DNA of 64,000 nt. Source: a virus. The stretch lies in the IMG/VR virus record IMGVR_UViG_3300048858_000017, positions 630-64,629 of that record; one strand, given 5' to 3'. Below are positions 1-8,616 of this stretch, piece after piece; position 1 is the stretch's first letter, and every line of letters begins with the position of its first letter. Both the position numbers and the translations under genes were made by a program. The notes under the pieces were generated by a model. That model did not search any database. It saw only the letters and a program-made list of their open reading frames with translations, and was not told the DNA's origin.

Positions 1-816
1 CGTGCGGACGGTGGCGGCGGGGTCGTCGACCTGGACGGCCCTCGCCGGCATCGCCTCGTCAAGCGCGTCGCGGAGGCGATCGAACGACCCTAGCCACGCC
101 CCGAACTCGCCCCCCTCGGTCAGGCTCGACCACGGCGTTACGTCGCTGATCATGCGCAGGCCGGCGACTCCCTCGCTGTTGCCGATCAGTTCGTCGATAT
201 CCTGCACGAGCGACAGGGCCAGCCCGGTCAGCGTGTCGCGCGGCGTGGTCGGGTCGGCGAGGAACGCCTCGATCCGATCAGCCATGTCGGCGTTGCGCTT
301 GACCTTCTCGACGCCGCCAGCCGGGGCGTGCCCGTGATTCGATCGCCCCTCGTCCACCTTCGCCTGATGGTGTGCCTCGTAGCGTCGGAACAGGCGCGCG
401 GCCTCGGCCAGTAGCCCGAGCGCGGACATGGCAATCGCCTGCGTCACGTCCGCCACAGCGCGCTCCGCGATGGCGCTGGCCCGGCCACCGGCAAAGGCGA
501 CCAGCATCTCCGCGGTTGTCCACATATCCTCCGGCGTGATCGGCCCGCTGTTGCGATAGCGCTCGGACAGCCAGAGCAGGGCCGGACCGTCCTCGTCGGT
601 CGCGTTCGGATAGGTCGCAACCGGGACCGGGGGCGCGTAGCGGTAGCCATTCACCGTCACCGGGGCCGTCGGGTCGAACCGCGGGTCGCCTGTCGTCAGC
701 GCGAAGGCCGACTCGTGCGTGCGCGCGTGCGCGTGGACGTGACCCATGGGCGCGTCTGTCGAAGCAGACGGCCCCGCCTGCCCGTCATCGCTCCCCGAGG
801 TGTGTTGGTCGACCAT
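1..816 (-). CDS. Hypothetical protein, 3' end runs off the window
   Basis: Manual translation: open frame from ATG at 816 (MVDQHTSG...) to position 1 with no stop; preceded by AGGAAGGA and the stop of the upstream gene. Confidence 0.7.
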   Translation of the reverse strand, partial: MVDQHTSGSDDGQAGPSASTDAPMGHVHAHARTHESAFALTTGDPRFDPTAPVTVNGYRYAPPVPVATYPNATDEDGPALLWLSERYRNSGPITPEDMWTTAEMLVAFAGGRASAIAERAVADVTQAIAMSALGLLAEAARLFRRYEAHHQAKVDEGRSNHGHAPAGGVEKVKRNADMADRIEAFLADPTTPRDTLTGLALSLVQDIDELIGNSEGVAGLRMISDVTPWSSLTEGGEFGAWLGSFDRLRDALDEAMPARAVQVDDPAATVRT

Positions 817-817
817 G

Positions 818-1351
818 TCAGTTCCTTCCTTTGGTGGTGGTGGTGTTGCCGGCTCCGGCCCGTGCCGCATCGATGATGCGCTGGGTTGCGTTGCCTATGG
901 AGGTGGAGCCTCTACGCTCCCCGGTGTCAGGCACATCGGGGCGAGCGGGCAGGCTGTCGGGGTGCGGGCGTCCTGACGCCTCGTGGCGCTCGTAGGTGGC
1001 GAGCAGGGAGCGGACGCGGGCAATGCGCCAGTGACGCATGGCGAACCCGGTGCAGAGGGCGCGCAGTTCGGCGACCGTCGGGAAAAACGTCCTGGTCTTG
1101 ATCGCTTGGCGATAGGCCTGTTCGAGCAGGTCGGGCGGAATATCGTCGAGGCCCATGACGTACTGCTCCAAGCGCACTTCGGCCTCGGCGTCGGACAGGT
1201 TCTGGCGGGGGAAGGCGATGGAGAGCTTGCCGACCATGATCTCGATGCGTTCGGGCGCGGCGGGCTGAACGGATCGTTCGAGGCCAGCGAGCGCGGTGCG
1301 TAGGGCCGACGCCTCCTCTGCGGTGACGACGTGGTAGACGCCGGAGTACAT
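818..1351 (-). CDS. Replication accessory protein (helicase loader/inhibitor-like)
   Basis: Directly downstream of the initiator; LDDIPPDLLEQAY...FFPTVAELR resembles proteins found after phage initiators; start probably MYSGVYH. Confidence 0.5.
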   Translation of the reverse strand: MYSGVYHVVTAEEASALRTALAGLERSVQPAAPERIEIMVGKLSIAFPRQNLSDAEAEVRLEQYVMGLDDIPPDLLEQAYRQAIKTRTFFPTVAELRALCTGFAMRHWRIARVRSLLATYERHEASGRPHPDSLPARPDVPDTGERRGSTSIGNATQRIIDAARAGAGNTTTTKGRN

Positions 1352-1358
1352 GCTGGCG

Positions 1359-2198
1359 TCATCCACCTTCGCGAGCAGCTGCGGCGCGCAGGGCCGCTCG
1401 GGCGAGAGGGCTGGCATGTTCGGCTGGGTCGCTGGCACGTTGCGGGTCATTGGCGCGGTCCTTCTTGGCGGCGGCTTTGGTCATGTGGGCGTCGAAATAG
1501 GCGAGGCTGTGCCGGGTCTGGCTGGTGCGCTCGGCGTCGCGCTGCAGGATCGGGATGATCTCTGTTTCGGGATCAAGGCCGAGGGCGAGCCAGCGGGCGG
1601 TGGCGCTGATCTGGTCGGCGAAGTGCTGCGGCCGGGACGGGAACACCGGGACCCCTGCGGCCTGACCGAAGCGGTTGACCCAGACCATCGCGTCCTTGCG
1701 ATCGTCAGGGGCAAGCGGTGCTGCTGCCGGGACGGCAACGGCCTCGGGCGCGCGCGCAACATCGACCTGTTCTTTTCCTTGATTCCCTTCTTTATCGTTT
1801 GCGGTGCCGCCGCGGCGATGCTGCGGTGCTGCTGCGGCGTCAGGTGCGGTGGTGTCTGCCGGACGGGCCTGATATTTGTCGTAATTACAGACGGTTATGA
1901 CCGTTTGACCTGCGGCGGTTGCTGCGTCGATTATTTCTGCCTTCTGTAACGAAGCGATAAACCGCCGCACCTTCGACTCCTCCCACCGCCATGCCTTCGC
2001 CATGAAGCGATAGCTGTGCCCGACCTGTCCGCGGGCCAGCACGACCTCGCCGCTCGGCATCGGGACGCGGCGCTGCGAATAGGCCGCCTCCTCGATCAGC
2101 CAGACGAAGGCGTCGCGCTTTGAGAAGGCCTCGCCGCGGAACACCGGATGGTCCTGCCACCCCCTATGCATCAGGTAGAAGCCGTCACCGTTCGCCAC
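1359..2198 (-). CDS. Phage replication initiator (lambda O-like, N-terminal winged helix)
   Basis: GFYLMHRGW...LARGQVGHSYRFMAKAWRW...ITVCNYDKYQ is typical of phage initiator N-termini; contains an iteron array. Confidence 0.75.
   Translation of the reverse strand: MANGDGFYLMHRGWQDHPVFRGEAFSKRDAFVWLIEEAAYSQRRVPMPSGEVVLARGQVGHSYRFMAKAWRWEESKVRRFIASLQKAEIIDAATAAGQTVITVCNYDKYQARPADTTAPDAAAAPQHRRGGTANDKEGNQGKEQVDVARAPEAVAVPAAAPLAPDDRKDAMVWVNRFGQAAGVPVFPSRPQHFADQISATARWLALGLDPETEIIPILQRDAERTSQTRHSLAYFDAHMTKAAAKKDRANDPQRASDPAEHASPLARAALRAAAAREGG
1769..1851. repeat. Putative replication origin: pyrimidine/AT-rich tract plus five YGCGGYG iterons
   Basis: YGCGGYG at 1800, 1811, 1822, 1833, 1845 (11-12 bp spacing) beside a T-rich tract at 1769-1800, inside the initiator gene as in lambda ori. 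Confidence 0.6.
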
Positions 2199-2201
2199 GG
2201 G

Positions 2202-2888
2202 TCATCCCCTCCCGTCGCGGGCGAGCGCGCGGTCTATGGCGGCACGGAGTTGCGGCGGGTATTTCGACCCACGCTCCGGCTTCTTCCGTTCCGACTTAGT
2301 CGGGTTCGATACAGCGGCCACAGGGGCCTTCTTGCCCTTCTTTGGGGTGTCGGCCCGCTTCCGCTTCGGAGGGGGCGCAAGCACCGCGTCTAGGCCCTCG
2401 GTCTCGATGCGCTTCTCCAACCGGCGCTGACCCGGGGTGACCTCGTCGGGCAGCTGGGGAAGGGCCTCGACCGTGATCTCGGTGCGTTCCGGATAGCCGT
2501 AGCGTTTGGCGCTGTTCGGGTAGCCGCAGACCTGATTGTCGTCGATGTAAGCGATCCCCTTGAGGGCATCCTTGGCCTGTTTGACGATCTGGTCGAGGTC
2601 AGGGTCGGCGACGTGCATGACACGCGCCTCGCGCGCAGCCTTCTGTAGGGCCTTCGGCCAGCTGGGCGGGATTGCGAATATCGCCACGATCCTGACGATT
2701 ACGGGGCCGGTGAACGGCCGGCGCGACCCGAAGGCCTGCCGGGCCGCCCACGCGATCCGTTGCTTGCCCGCCTCGGCCTCCTTGTCGGTGAACCGCATGG
2801 CCTCGCCGGTGGTGGGGTTTATCCCCTGCCCCGGACGCTGCCAGCGCGACGGCTTCCCGTCGACCTTGAAGGTGACCCGGTCGGTCAC
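2202..2888 (-). CDS. rusA: RusA-family Holliday junction resolvase
   Basis: PDLDQIVKQAKDALKGIAYIDDNQV catalytic motif; GTG start overlaps the ACP stop (GTGA). Confidence 0.8.
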   Translation of the reverse strand: MTDRVTFKVDGKPSRWQRPGQGINPTTGEAMRFTDKEAEAGKQRIAWAARQAFGSRRPFTGPVIVRIVAIFAIPPSWPKALQKAAREARVMHVADPDLDQIVKQAKDALKGIAYIDDNQVCGYPNSAKRYGYPERTEITVEALPQLPDEVTPGQRRLEKRIETEGLDAVLAPPPKRKRADTPKKGKKAPVAAVSNPTKSERKKPERGSKYPPQLRAAIDRALARDGRG

Positions 2889-3130
2889 GCCAGCTTGCGC
2901 TCGACGAGGGCCTGCCAGTCGCCGACGGTTAAGCACTCTTCCGCCTCGACATCGCTGACGCTGATGTTGAAGGCCCCCTCTACCGCCATGGTGAGTTCGA
3001 CGCAGTCGAGGCTGTCGGCACCGAGATCGTCGGCAAGGTTCGCCGTGTCGGTGGCGTCAGCTGCGTCGACACTAAGATGGTCGACGATGATCTCGCGGAC
3101 CTGTTCGGCGCGCGCGGTGGTGTCAGGCAT
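2885..3130 (-). CDS. acpP: Acyl carrier protein (phage-encoded)
   Basis: 81 aa, acidic; VREIIVDHL...DDLGADSLDCVELTMAVEGAFNISVSD matches ACP with an intact phosphopantetheine Ser (DSL); SD GGAGGA. Confidence 0.9.
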   Translation of the reverse strand: MPDTTARAEQVREIIVDHLSVDAADATDTANLADDLGADSLDCVELTMAVEGAFNISVSDVEAEECLTVGDWQALVERKLA

Positions 3131-3179
3131 CAGTTCCTCCGTGGTGGGGGGCGGGCTGGTTCGACCCGCCCCGGGTTGA

Positions 3180-3890
3180 TCAGTCGTCCGTTTCAGCATC
3201 GTCCGAGCCGGCTTCGAAACCGAGGCCGGGCTGGTCCGGGTCGGTATCGGCCTCGCGGGCGTTGCCGCTGTAGTCTTCGACCGACGCCACGGTCAGCATG
3301 ACGTGCTTGCCGCGGGCGCTGTGGAGCAGGCTGACGGCCTGATCCTCCTCGTCCTCGCCGAGGACCTTGACCTTGCCGGCGATGACGATGTCGTCGCCTA
3401 GCGTGACCTTGGTCAGCAGCACCCGCACCGGGTCCTTGCCGTTGGCGGCGATGGCCTCGACGATCTTGCGGACCAGTTCACGGCCGGCATGTTCACAGGC
3501 CGCGGCGACGTCGCGCTGCTCCTGATTGGAGGTTGCCGACCACGGCTTCGGGCGGGACTTGATCTGATCGAGCAGGAAGTCCCGGGCGTCGAACACCAGC
3601 GACTTGTCGTTCAGCACCGCCTCGGAGGCGAGGTTCTCCATGCGGTCGATCGCAGCGGTGTGGGCACCCTCGGTCAGGTCGAGGCCGTCGGTGGCAGCAC
3701 CCTCCTGGGCGCGAACCGCTTCGCCAAGGCTGGACAGGGCGTCGCCCAGCGTGCCCTCTTCCTCCGTCTCGCCGCCGAGGTGGGCCTTGCTGGCGTCGAG
3801 CGCGGCGGCCCCGCCCTTCTTCCGACGAGCCGCTTTCGCGTCCTCGTTCAGTCCGGTCGCCAAGGCGGCGATCCCGTCATCATCTGCCAT
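3180..3890 (-). CDS. Hypothetical protein
   Basis: 236-aa ORF tightly packed in the operon. Confidence 0.75.
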   Translation of the reverse strand: MADDDGIAALATGLNEDAKAARRKKGGAAALDASKAHLGGETEEEGTLGDALSSLGEAVRAQEGAATDGLDLTEGAHTAAIDRMENLASEAVLNDKSLVFDARDFLLDQIKSRPKPWSATSNQEQRDVAAACEHAGRELVRKIVEAIAANGKDPVRVLLTKVTLGDDIVIAGKVKVLGEDEEDQAVSLLHSARGKHVMLTVASVEDYSGNAREADTDPDQPGLGFEAGSDDAETDD

Positions 3891-3891
3891 G

Positions 3892-4560
3892 TCATTCTCC
3901 GTTTCTGCCCGGCCGTTGCGGCGGGGCGGGGTAGCTGCCGGGCGCGAGCCAGACAGTTTCGGTGCGCCAGCGGTGCGGCCGGGTGAACACGACGACGCAA
4001 TAGTCCGCCATGCCGCCGTCGAAGGGCCGCTCCATCTGGTCGATCAGGTGCCCCGGGGGCATGGTGTGCCGCTCCCGGTAGATGCAGGTCTGGGACGGCT
4101 TGAACCGGCCGACGAACTTGTTGTCGCGCCAGCGATCCTGCGATGCGAGGAAGGCGATCGGCAGGATGAACGCGGCGCGGCGCACCGGGAAGGTGTCGAG
4201 GATGCGGGTCATGATCCGCTCCGCGATATCCGCCTCGTAGCTGTAGGGCGGGTTGCAGATCACCGATGTCTCCTTCCCCTCGACGCGCGGCATCTTGGAG
4301 ACGCCAGTCAGGATGTTCCCGCGCTGAAAGGGGTGGCGACAGTGGCGGTCGACGATGTCGGAGCCGAAGGTCCTGTGGCCGTAGCGCTTCGCCACGTCGA
4401 GCGTGTTGCCGATGCCGCAGCACGGGTCCCAGATCAGATCGTCCCAGAAGTCGACGCCATGCATCAGCTGCTCGACCACGCGAGGCGACTCACGATACCA
4501 GTCATAGGGCGCGCGGTCCCACTTCTTGGAGCGGGCACCACCGGCGGGGCGGTTGACCAT
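3892..4560 (-). CDS. Amino-DNA methyltransferase (N6-adenine/N4-cytosine type)
   Basis: SAM motif IWDPCCGIGN and catalytic ICNPPY; start MVNRP overlaps the upstream stop (TAATG). Confidence 0.8.
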   Translation of the reverse strand: MVNRPAGGARSKKWDRAPYDWYRESPRVVEQLMHGVDFWDDLIWDPCCGIGNTLDVAKRYGHRTFGSDIVDRHCRHPFQRGNILTGVSKMPRVEGKETSVICNPPYSYEADIAERIMTRILDTFPVRRAAFILPIAFLASQDRWRDNKFVGRFKPSQTCIYRERHTMPPGHLIDQMERPFDGGMADYCVVVFTRPHRWRTETVWLAPGSYPAPPQRPGRNGE

Positions 4561-4862
4561 TACAGCTTCCCTATCGACGGCGAGTTCAGAAGATCGCGGC
4601 CGGCGCGGCGGGCGGCCCTGATCCACGCCAATTCACGGCGGCACGGCCAGTTCTGGCTCTCGACGCGCTCGATCACCCTGACCCTCACGCCCCCTGCGCG
4701 AACGAAGTCCCCGACGGGCGTTCGCGCATAGCGATGCTGCTTCATGCGGCGATCGGTTGTCGAAGCGCCGGTGCGGCCGATGTAACGCACCCGGCCATCG
4801 GGGCCGATCAGGGCGTAAATCGATGATAGCCAGTCGCGGTCGCCGCGACGCCACACGCTCAT
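4560..4862 (-). CDS. Small GIY-YIG nuclease-domain protein
   Basis: SIYALIGPDGRVRYIGRT...RRMKQH motif. Confidence 0.7.
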   Translation of the reverse strand: MSVWRRGDRDWLSSIYALIGPDGRVRYIGRTGASTTDRRMKQHRYARTPVGDFVRAGGVRVRVIERVESQNWPCRRELAWIRAARRAGRDLLNSPSIGKL

Positions 4863-5059
4863 GCGGTAGCCTGCTGTGCTTCCAGCCGATCCAGCTGCGT
4901 CTCCAAGCGACGCACCATGCTGGTACGGACCCGACCACGGGTCTTAGCGCGCGACCAAGACGAGTGGTGCACGCCGGCGAGTTCGCAGAGTTCAGCCATC
5001 GTCAGACGGACGCCCCCCGCGCGGCGTTCGACAGCCGCTATGTCATCTGTGCCTAGCAT
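4859..5059 (-). CDS. Cro/CI-like small HTH regulator
   Basis: LTMAELCELAGVHHSSWSRAK helix-turn-helix; first gene of the leftward operon. Confidence 0.75.
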   Translation of the reverse strand: MLGTDDIAAVERRAGGVRLTMAELCELAGVHHSSWSRAKTRGRVRTSMVRRLETQLDRLEAQQATA

Positions 5060-5140
5060 AGGCGGCGGGTTTAAGCGCAAAGCAAATGCTAATCAACGGG
5101 CAAAACCGCCTTGCCACCGCGGCAGGGCGCGACTAAGCCG
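5060..5140. promoter_or_regulatory. Divergent early promoter region with operator-like palindrome
   Basis: Minus strand TTGATT-N16-TTAAAC ends 9 nt before the HTH ATG; plus strand TTGCCA-N16-CTAAGC overlaps TTGCCACCGCGGCAG (5111-5125). Confidence 0.5.
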
Positions 5141-5190
5141 GTGCCTCGCAGCGCGTCGATACGGCGGCTGCCCCACCACCGGAGACGCTC

Positions 5191-5493
5191 ATGAGCGACC
5201 GTCAGAAACCTGCCCCTGTCCTGCCCGGGGACCTTGTGCAGATCATCGCCCCGGGACACCTGCACCGCGCCGCTATCGCTATGGTCCGCGAGGTCCATAA
5301 CTGGGGCATCGGGGTCGCCATCCCGGCGATCATCGATGGCCGCAGCGCCGAGGCCTATGAACGCCTCAAGGCCCCCCGCGGCAAGAAGCCCGGCGAGTTC
5401 GTCCAGGTCGGCACCGCTTACCTGATGCCGCCCGAGGTCCTCCGCGCCCGAACCGACGCGATCGAGACGGCGCGTCTGGCGGCACAGTCATGA
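5191..5493 (+). CDS. Hypothetical protein
   Basis: First ORF of the rightward operon; SD GGAG. Confidence 0.7.
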   Translation: MSDRQKPAPVLPGDLVQIIAPGHLHRAAIAMVREVHNWGIGVAIPAIIDGRSAEAYERLKAPRGKKPGEFVQVGTAYLMPPEVLRARTDAIETARLAAQS

Positions 5494-5654
5494 AGGCCCG
5501 TATCGCCTGCTTGTTCGCCGAACGCGACAAGGCAGCCGCCCGCCTCGCCCGCATCGACCGGCTGCTGTCGCGCGCCGGGTCCAGCTACAGCCGCAAGGCC
5601 GGCTATCGCGCCAACCTCCGTCAGGAGGCGCTGCGGCGCGAGGTCGGGGCGTGA
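5490..5654 (+). CDS. Small basic hypothetical protein
   Basis: Manual ORF MKARIACLF...EVGA; ATGA and GTGA overlaps on both sides. Confidence 0.65.
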   Translation: MKARIACLFAERDKAAARLARIDRLLSRAGSSYSRKAGYRANLRQEALRREVGA

Positions 5655-6586
5655 TCACCGACGATCTGCCGCTCCCGTTCCTGTCGCCGGGACCCGCACG
5701 GGGGCAGGTGTCCGACTGCCGGGACGGCAAGATGCTGATCAGCGATATCGCGCGCGCGGCCGGCGTCACCTCGAAGCAGGCGAAGCGCGACGTCGAGGCC
5801 TATTGCGACCAGCAGGACGACCGCAGCCACCGCGCGGCGCATGGGGCAACGCTGGAGATCGGCGACCTCGTGTCTGACCCGTCGGTGATGACGCGCGCCG
5901 AGATGGCACGGGTCATCGCGGAGAAGATCGGCATCGGGCACTTCGGCATTCGGCAACGCGCCGCCAGACGTGCCGCGGCGCGGCCCCAGTCACCACAGGA
6001 GGACCCTTTGACAGCACACACCCACCCGTGGCGCGTCGGCACCGGCGGGCGCGCGATCCGTACCGTCGAGCGCGGCCACCAGATCGCCACCCTGACCTGC
6101 GGGTGCGGGGCGACCAAGGATATCCGGTTCCGCGAACTCGCCGGGGCCGATCAGATCGACCAGAAGTTCCGTCGCGCCGGATGGCTCCTCGACCCGTCGA
6201 AGTGCCAGACCTGCGCCCACCCGCCCCGCTCCAAGGAGACCGCTACCGTGTCCACTGCCCCCTCCCCCGCCGCGATCCGGTCGCAGGCGACGATGTTCCG
6301 CCTGCTCGACGCCCAGTTCGACGCCGATGCCGGCCGTTACGCCGATGGGTGGTCTGACGAGCGGGTCGCCAAGGAGACGAGCCTTTCCGCCCAGACCGTG
6401 GCGGCGTTCCGCACCGAGGCGTTCGGGGCCATAAAGGAGCCGGCCGAGGTCGCCGCGCTGGCCGCCGATCTCGCGACGTTCGACACGATGCTGATCGAGG
6501 CCGCCACGTCCGTCGAGACGCTCAAGGCGACGCAGCGCGAGATGAAGCAGCGGCTCGACGCCCTGCGGAGGAAGTTCGGGGCCTGA
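5651..6586 (+). CDS. Hypothetical protein with HTH-like and Cys-rich segments
   Basis: ISDIARAAGVT and WSDERVAKET HTH-like segments; CGCG...CQTC motif. Confidence 0.65.
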   Translation: MITDDLPLPFLSPGPARGQVSDCRDGKMLISDIARAAGVTSKQAKRDVEAYCDQQDDRSHRAAHGATLEIGDLVSDPSVMTRAEMARVIAEKIGIGHFGIRQRAARRAAARPQSPQEDPLTAHTHPWRVGTGGRAIRTVERGHQIATLTCGCGATKDIRFRELAGADQIDQKFRRAGWLLDPSKCQTCAHPPRSKETATVSTAPSPAAIRSQATMFRLLDAQFDADAGRYADGWSDERVAKETSLSAQTVAAFRTEAFGAIKEPAEVAALAADLATFDTMLIEAATSVETLKATQREMKQRLDALRRKFGA

Positions 6587-6846
6587 TGCCCCCAACAGAG
6601 GAGACGAAGATGGGTATTTTCAAGATGACGCTCGCGGGCCGGAAGGACCCGGTACTGGTCAAGGCGGCAGGTGTCCGCGAGGCCAAGGACCGGGTCATCA
6701 CGTCCTGCGAATCGCTGAACGCCGACGAGATGGAGGCGGCGCTGACGAACGGGGAGACGGTCTGGCGCGAAGGCGATGACTTCCCGGCCGACGGGATCGA
6801 GGAGCAGGAGACCGCCGCCGGCGACCCGGCAGAGTCCGGGGACTGA
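6586..6846 (+). CDS. Hypothetical protein
   Basis: Packed ORF. Confidence 0.65.
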   Translation: MPPTEETKMGIFKMTLAGRKDPVLVKAAGVREAKDRVITSCESLNADEMEAALTNGETVWREGDDFPADGIEEQETAAGDPAESGD

Positions 6847-6898
6847 TCAACCCGGGGCGGCTGGTCCGCCCCACCCCCACCACAGAAGGAACAGCACC

Positions 6899-8332
6899 AT
6901 GCGCGTCAACGGACTTCGCATCGAGAATTACAAGCGGATCAAGGTCGTCGATATCACGCCCGAGGGCGGGGTCGTCACGATCGGGGGCAAGAACGACCAG
7001 GGCAAGTCGTCCCTGCTCGACGCGATCTTCACCGCCATCAAGGGCCGCAGCGCCAACGCGCCGGTGCCGGTTCGCGCTGGCGAGGAGAAGGCGACGATCC
7101 GGCTTGACCTCGGCGAACTGATCATCACCCGGTCGTTCATCGTCAAGGAGGGCAAGCCCTACACCGACACCCTCAAAGTCGAGCGCGCCAACGGCGACCG
7201 GCCCGGCAATCCGCAGGCGATCCTCGACGCCCTGCTGGGCGAGATCGGGTTCGACCCTTTCGAGTGGGCGCAGAAGAAGCCCAAGGATCAGGTTGCCCGC
7301 ATCCTCGAGATGGTCCCGCTGTCGGTCGATCTGGACGAACTCGCGGAGCAGGACACCAGCGACATCGCCAACCGCCGCGACGTGAACCGCGAGATCGCGG
7401 CGCTGCAGGGCCAGCTGCAGGGCATCCCCAAGGAGGACGTGCCGGCTGACTCCCCCGACCGCGACGCCTTGACCCAGCGTCTGGCGTCGGCGTCGGAGAC
7501 GAACACCGCCATCGCGACGGAGCGGGCGGCACGCGAGAGCCGCCGGGTGCAGATCGATGGTGCGATCGGCCGCCGGGACGAGAAGCGCGGCGAAGCCGAG
7601 GCGCTGCGTAATCGCGCGGCGGCTCTGGACGCCGAAGCCGACGACCTGAACACCAAAATCGTGGCCGCCGAGGAAGCGCTATCGGCGCTGCCCCCGCTCG
7701 ACGAGCCGGTCGACGCTACTGCGATCCAGACCGAACTCCGCGAGGCCGACGCGGTGCTGGCCCGGATCGAGCGCCAGAAGCGCCGCGCCGCGATCGAGGC
7801 GTCCCTGACCTCCAAGCAGGCCGAGTCCGAGGCGTTCACCACCGCCATCGCGGCCCGCGCGAAGAAGCGCACCGACGCGCTGGTCAAGGCCCCGATGCCG
7901 ATCGAAGGGCTGGGTATCAGCATCAACGACAAGGGCGAACCGTTCCTGACGTGGCAGGGCCTCCCCTTCGACAAGGACCAGATCAGCACGGCGGTGCAGC
8001 TGCGCGTCAGCACGGCGATCGGCATGGCCGCGAACCCGACCCTTCGGGTGCTGTCGATCAAGGACGGCTCCCTGCTCGACGAGGACTCGATGGCGATGCT
8101 GGCCCAGATGGCCGACACCGAGGACTTCCAGCTGTTCGTCGAGGTGGTCGGCACCGGCGGCGTCGGCATCATCATGGAGGACGGGCAAATCCGGGCCACA
8201 GAGGCCGCCACTGGCGCTGAGGCCCCGTCGGCCCAGGCAGAGGGCGGTGACGCTGTTGGAGACGAACAGGGGAACCCGACTAAGTCGAAGAAGGCGAAGG
8301 GTGCCGCCAAGCCGGAGGGGTCGCTGCTGTGA
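6899..8332 (+). CDS. SMC/Rad50-like AAA ATPase with coiled coil
   Basis: IENYKRIK, Walker A GKNDQGKSS, central coiled coil, C-terminal ISTAVQLR and IKDGSLLD. Confidence 0.8.
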   Translation: MRVNGLRIENYKRIKVVDITPEGGVVTIGGKNDQGKSSLLDAIFTAIKGRSANAPVPVRAGEEKATIRLDLGELIITRSFIVKEGKPYTDTLKVERANGDRPGNPQAILDALLGEIGFDPFEWAQKKPKDQVARILEMVPLSVDLDELAEQDTSDIANRRDVNREIAALQGQLQGIPKEDVPADSPDRDALTQRLASASETNTAIATERAARESRRVQIDGAIGRRDEKRGEAEALRNRAAALDAEADDLNTKIVAAEEALSALPPLDEPVDATAIQTELREADAVLARIERQKRRAAIEASLTSKQAESEAFTTAIAARAKKRTDALVKAPMPIEGLGISINDKGEPFLTWQGLPFDKDQISTAVQLRVSTAIGMAANPTLRVLSIKDGSLLDEDSMAMLAQMADTEDFQLFVEVVGTGGVGIIMEDGQIRATEAATGAEAPSAQAEGGDAVGDEQGNPTKSKKAKGAAKPEGSLL

Positions 8333-8616
8333 GCCGCCTGCTCGGCGAAGCGACAGAGCAGGCCCTGCGGGCGTGCCTTGAGCCGGACGCCTGCTGCGCC
8401 CTGCCCTACACCGACGGGACGCTGTTCGCCGCCAGCACGGCGGTCAGCGCGAAGCGTCAGGCGGACGCACTGGATCGTATCGCGCGGGCACTGACCGGGG
8501 AGGGGCCGTCGATCCTGACGGCCCCGATCAACAGCTACGGCGAGGGCATCGGCGACGCCAATCAGGGGCAGCTGATCCGGGGCAACCGTGGCATCAATCA
8601 ATACGAGGGACGGTGA
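8329..8616 (+). CDS. Hypothetical protein
   Basis: Overlapping start and stop codons with neighbours. Confidence 0.6.
   Translation: MSRLLGEATEQALRACLEPDACCALPYTDGTLFAASTAVSAKRQADALDRIARALTGEGPSILTAPINSYGEGIGDANQGQLIRGNRGINQYEGR

Noticed and set aside
4560-4862. Mobile homing endonuclease or intron
   Set aside because: Only about 100 aa, no DNA-binding extension, no intron structure, and coupled normally to its neighbours
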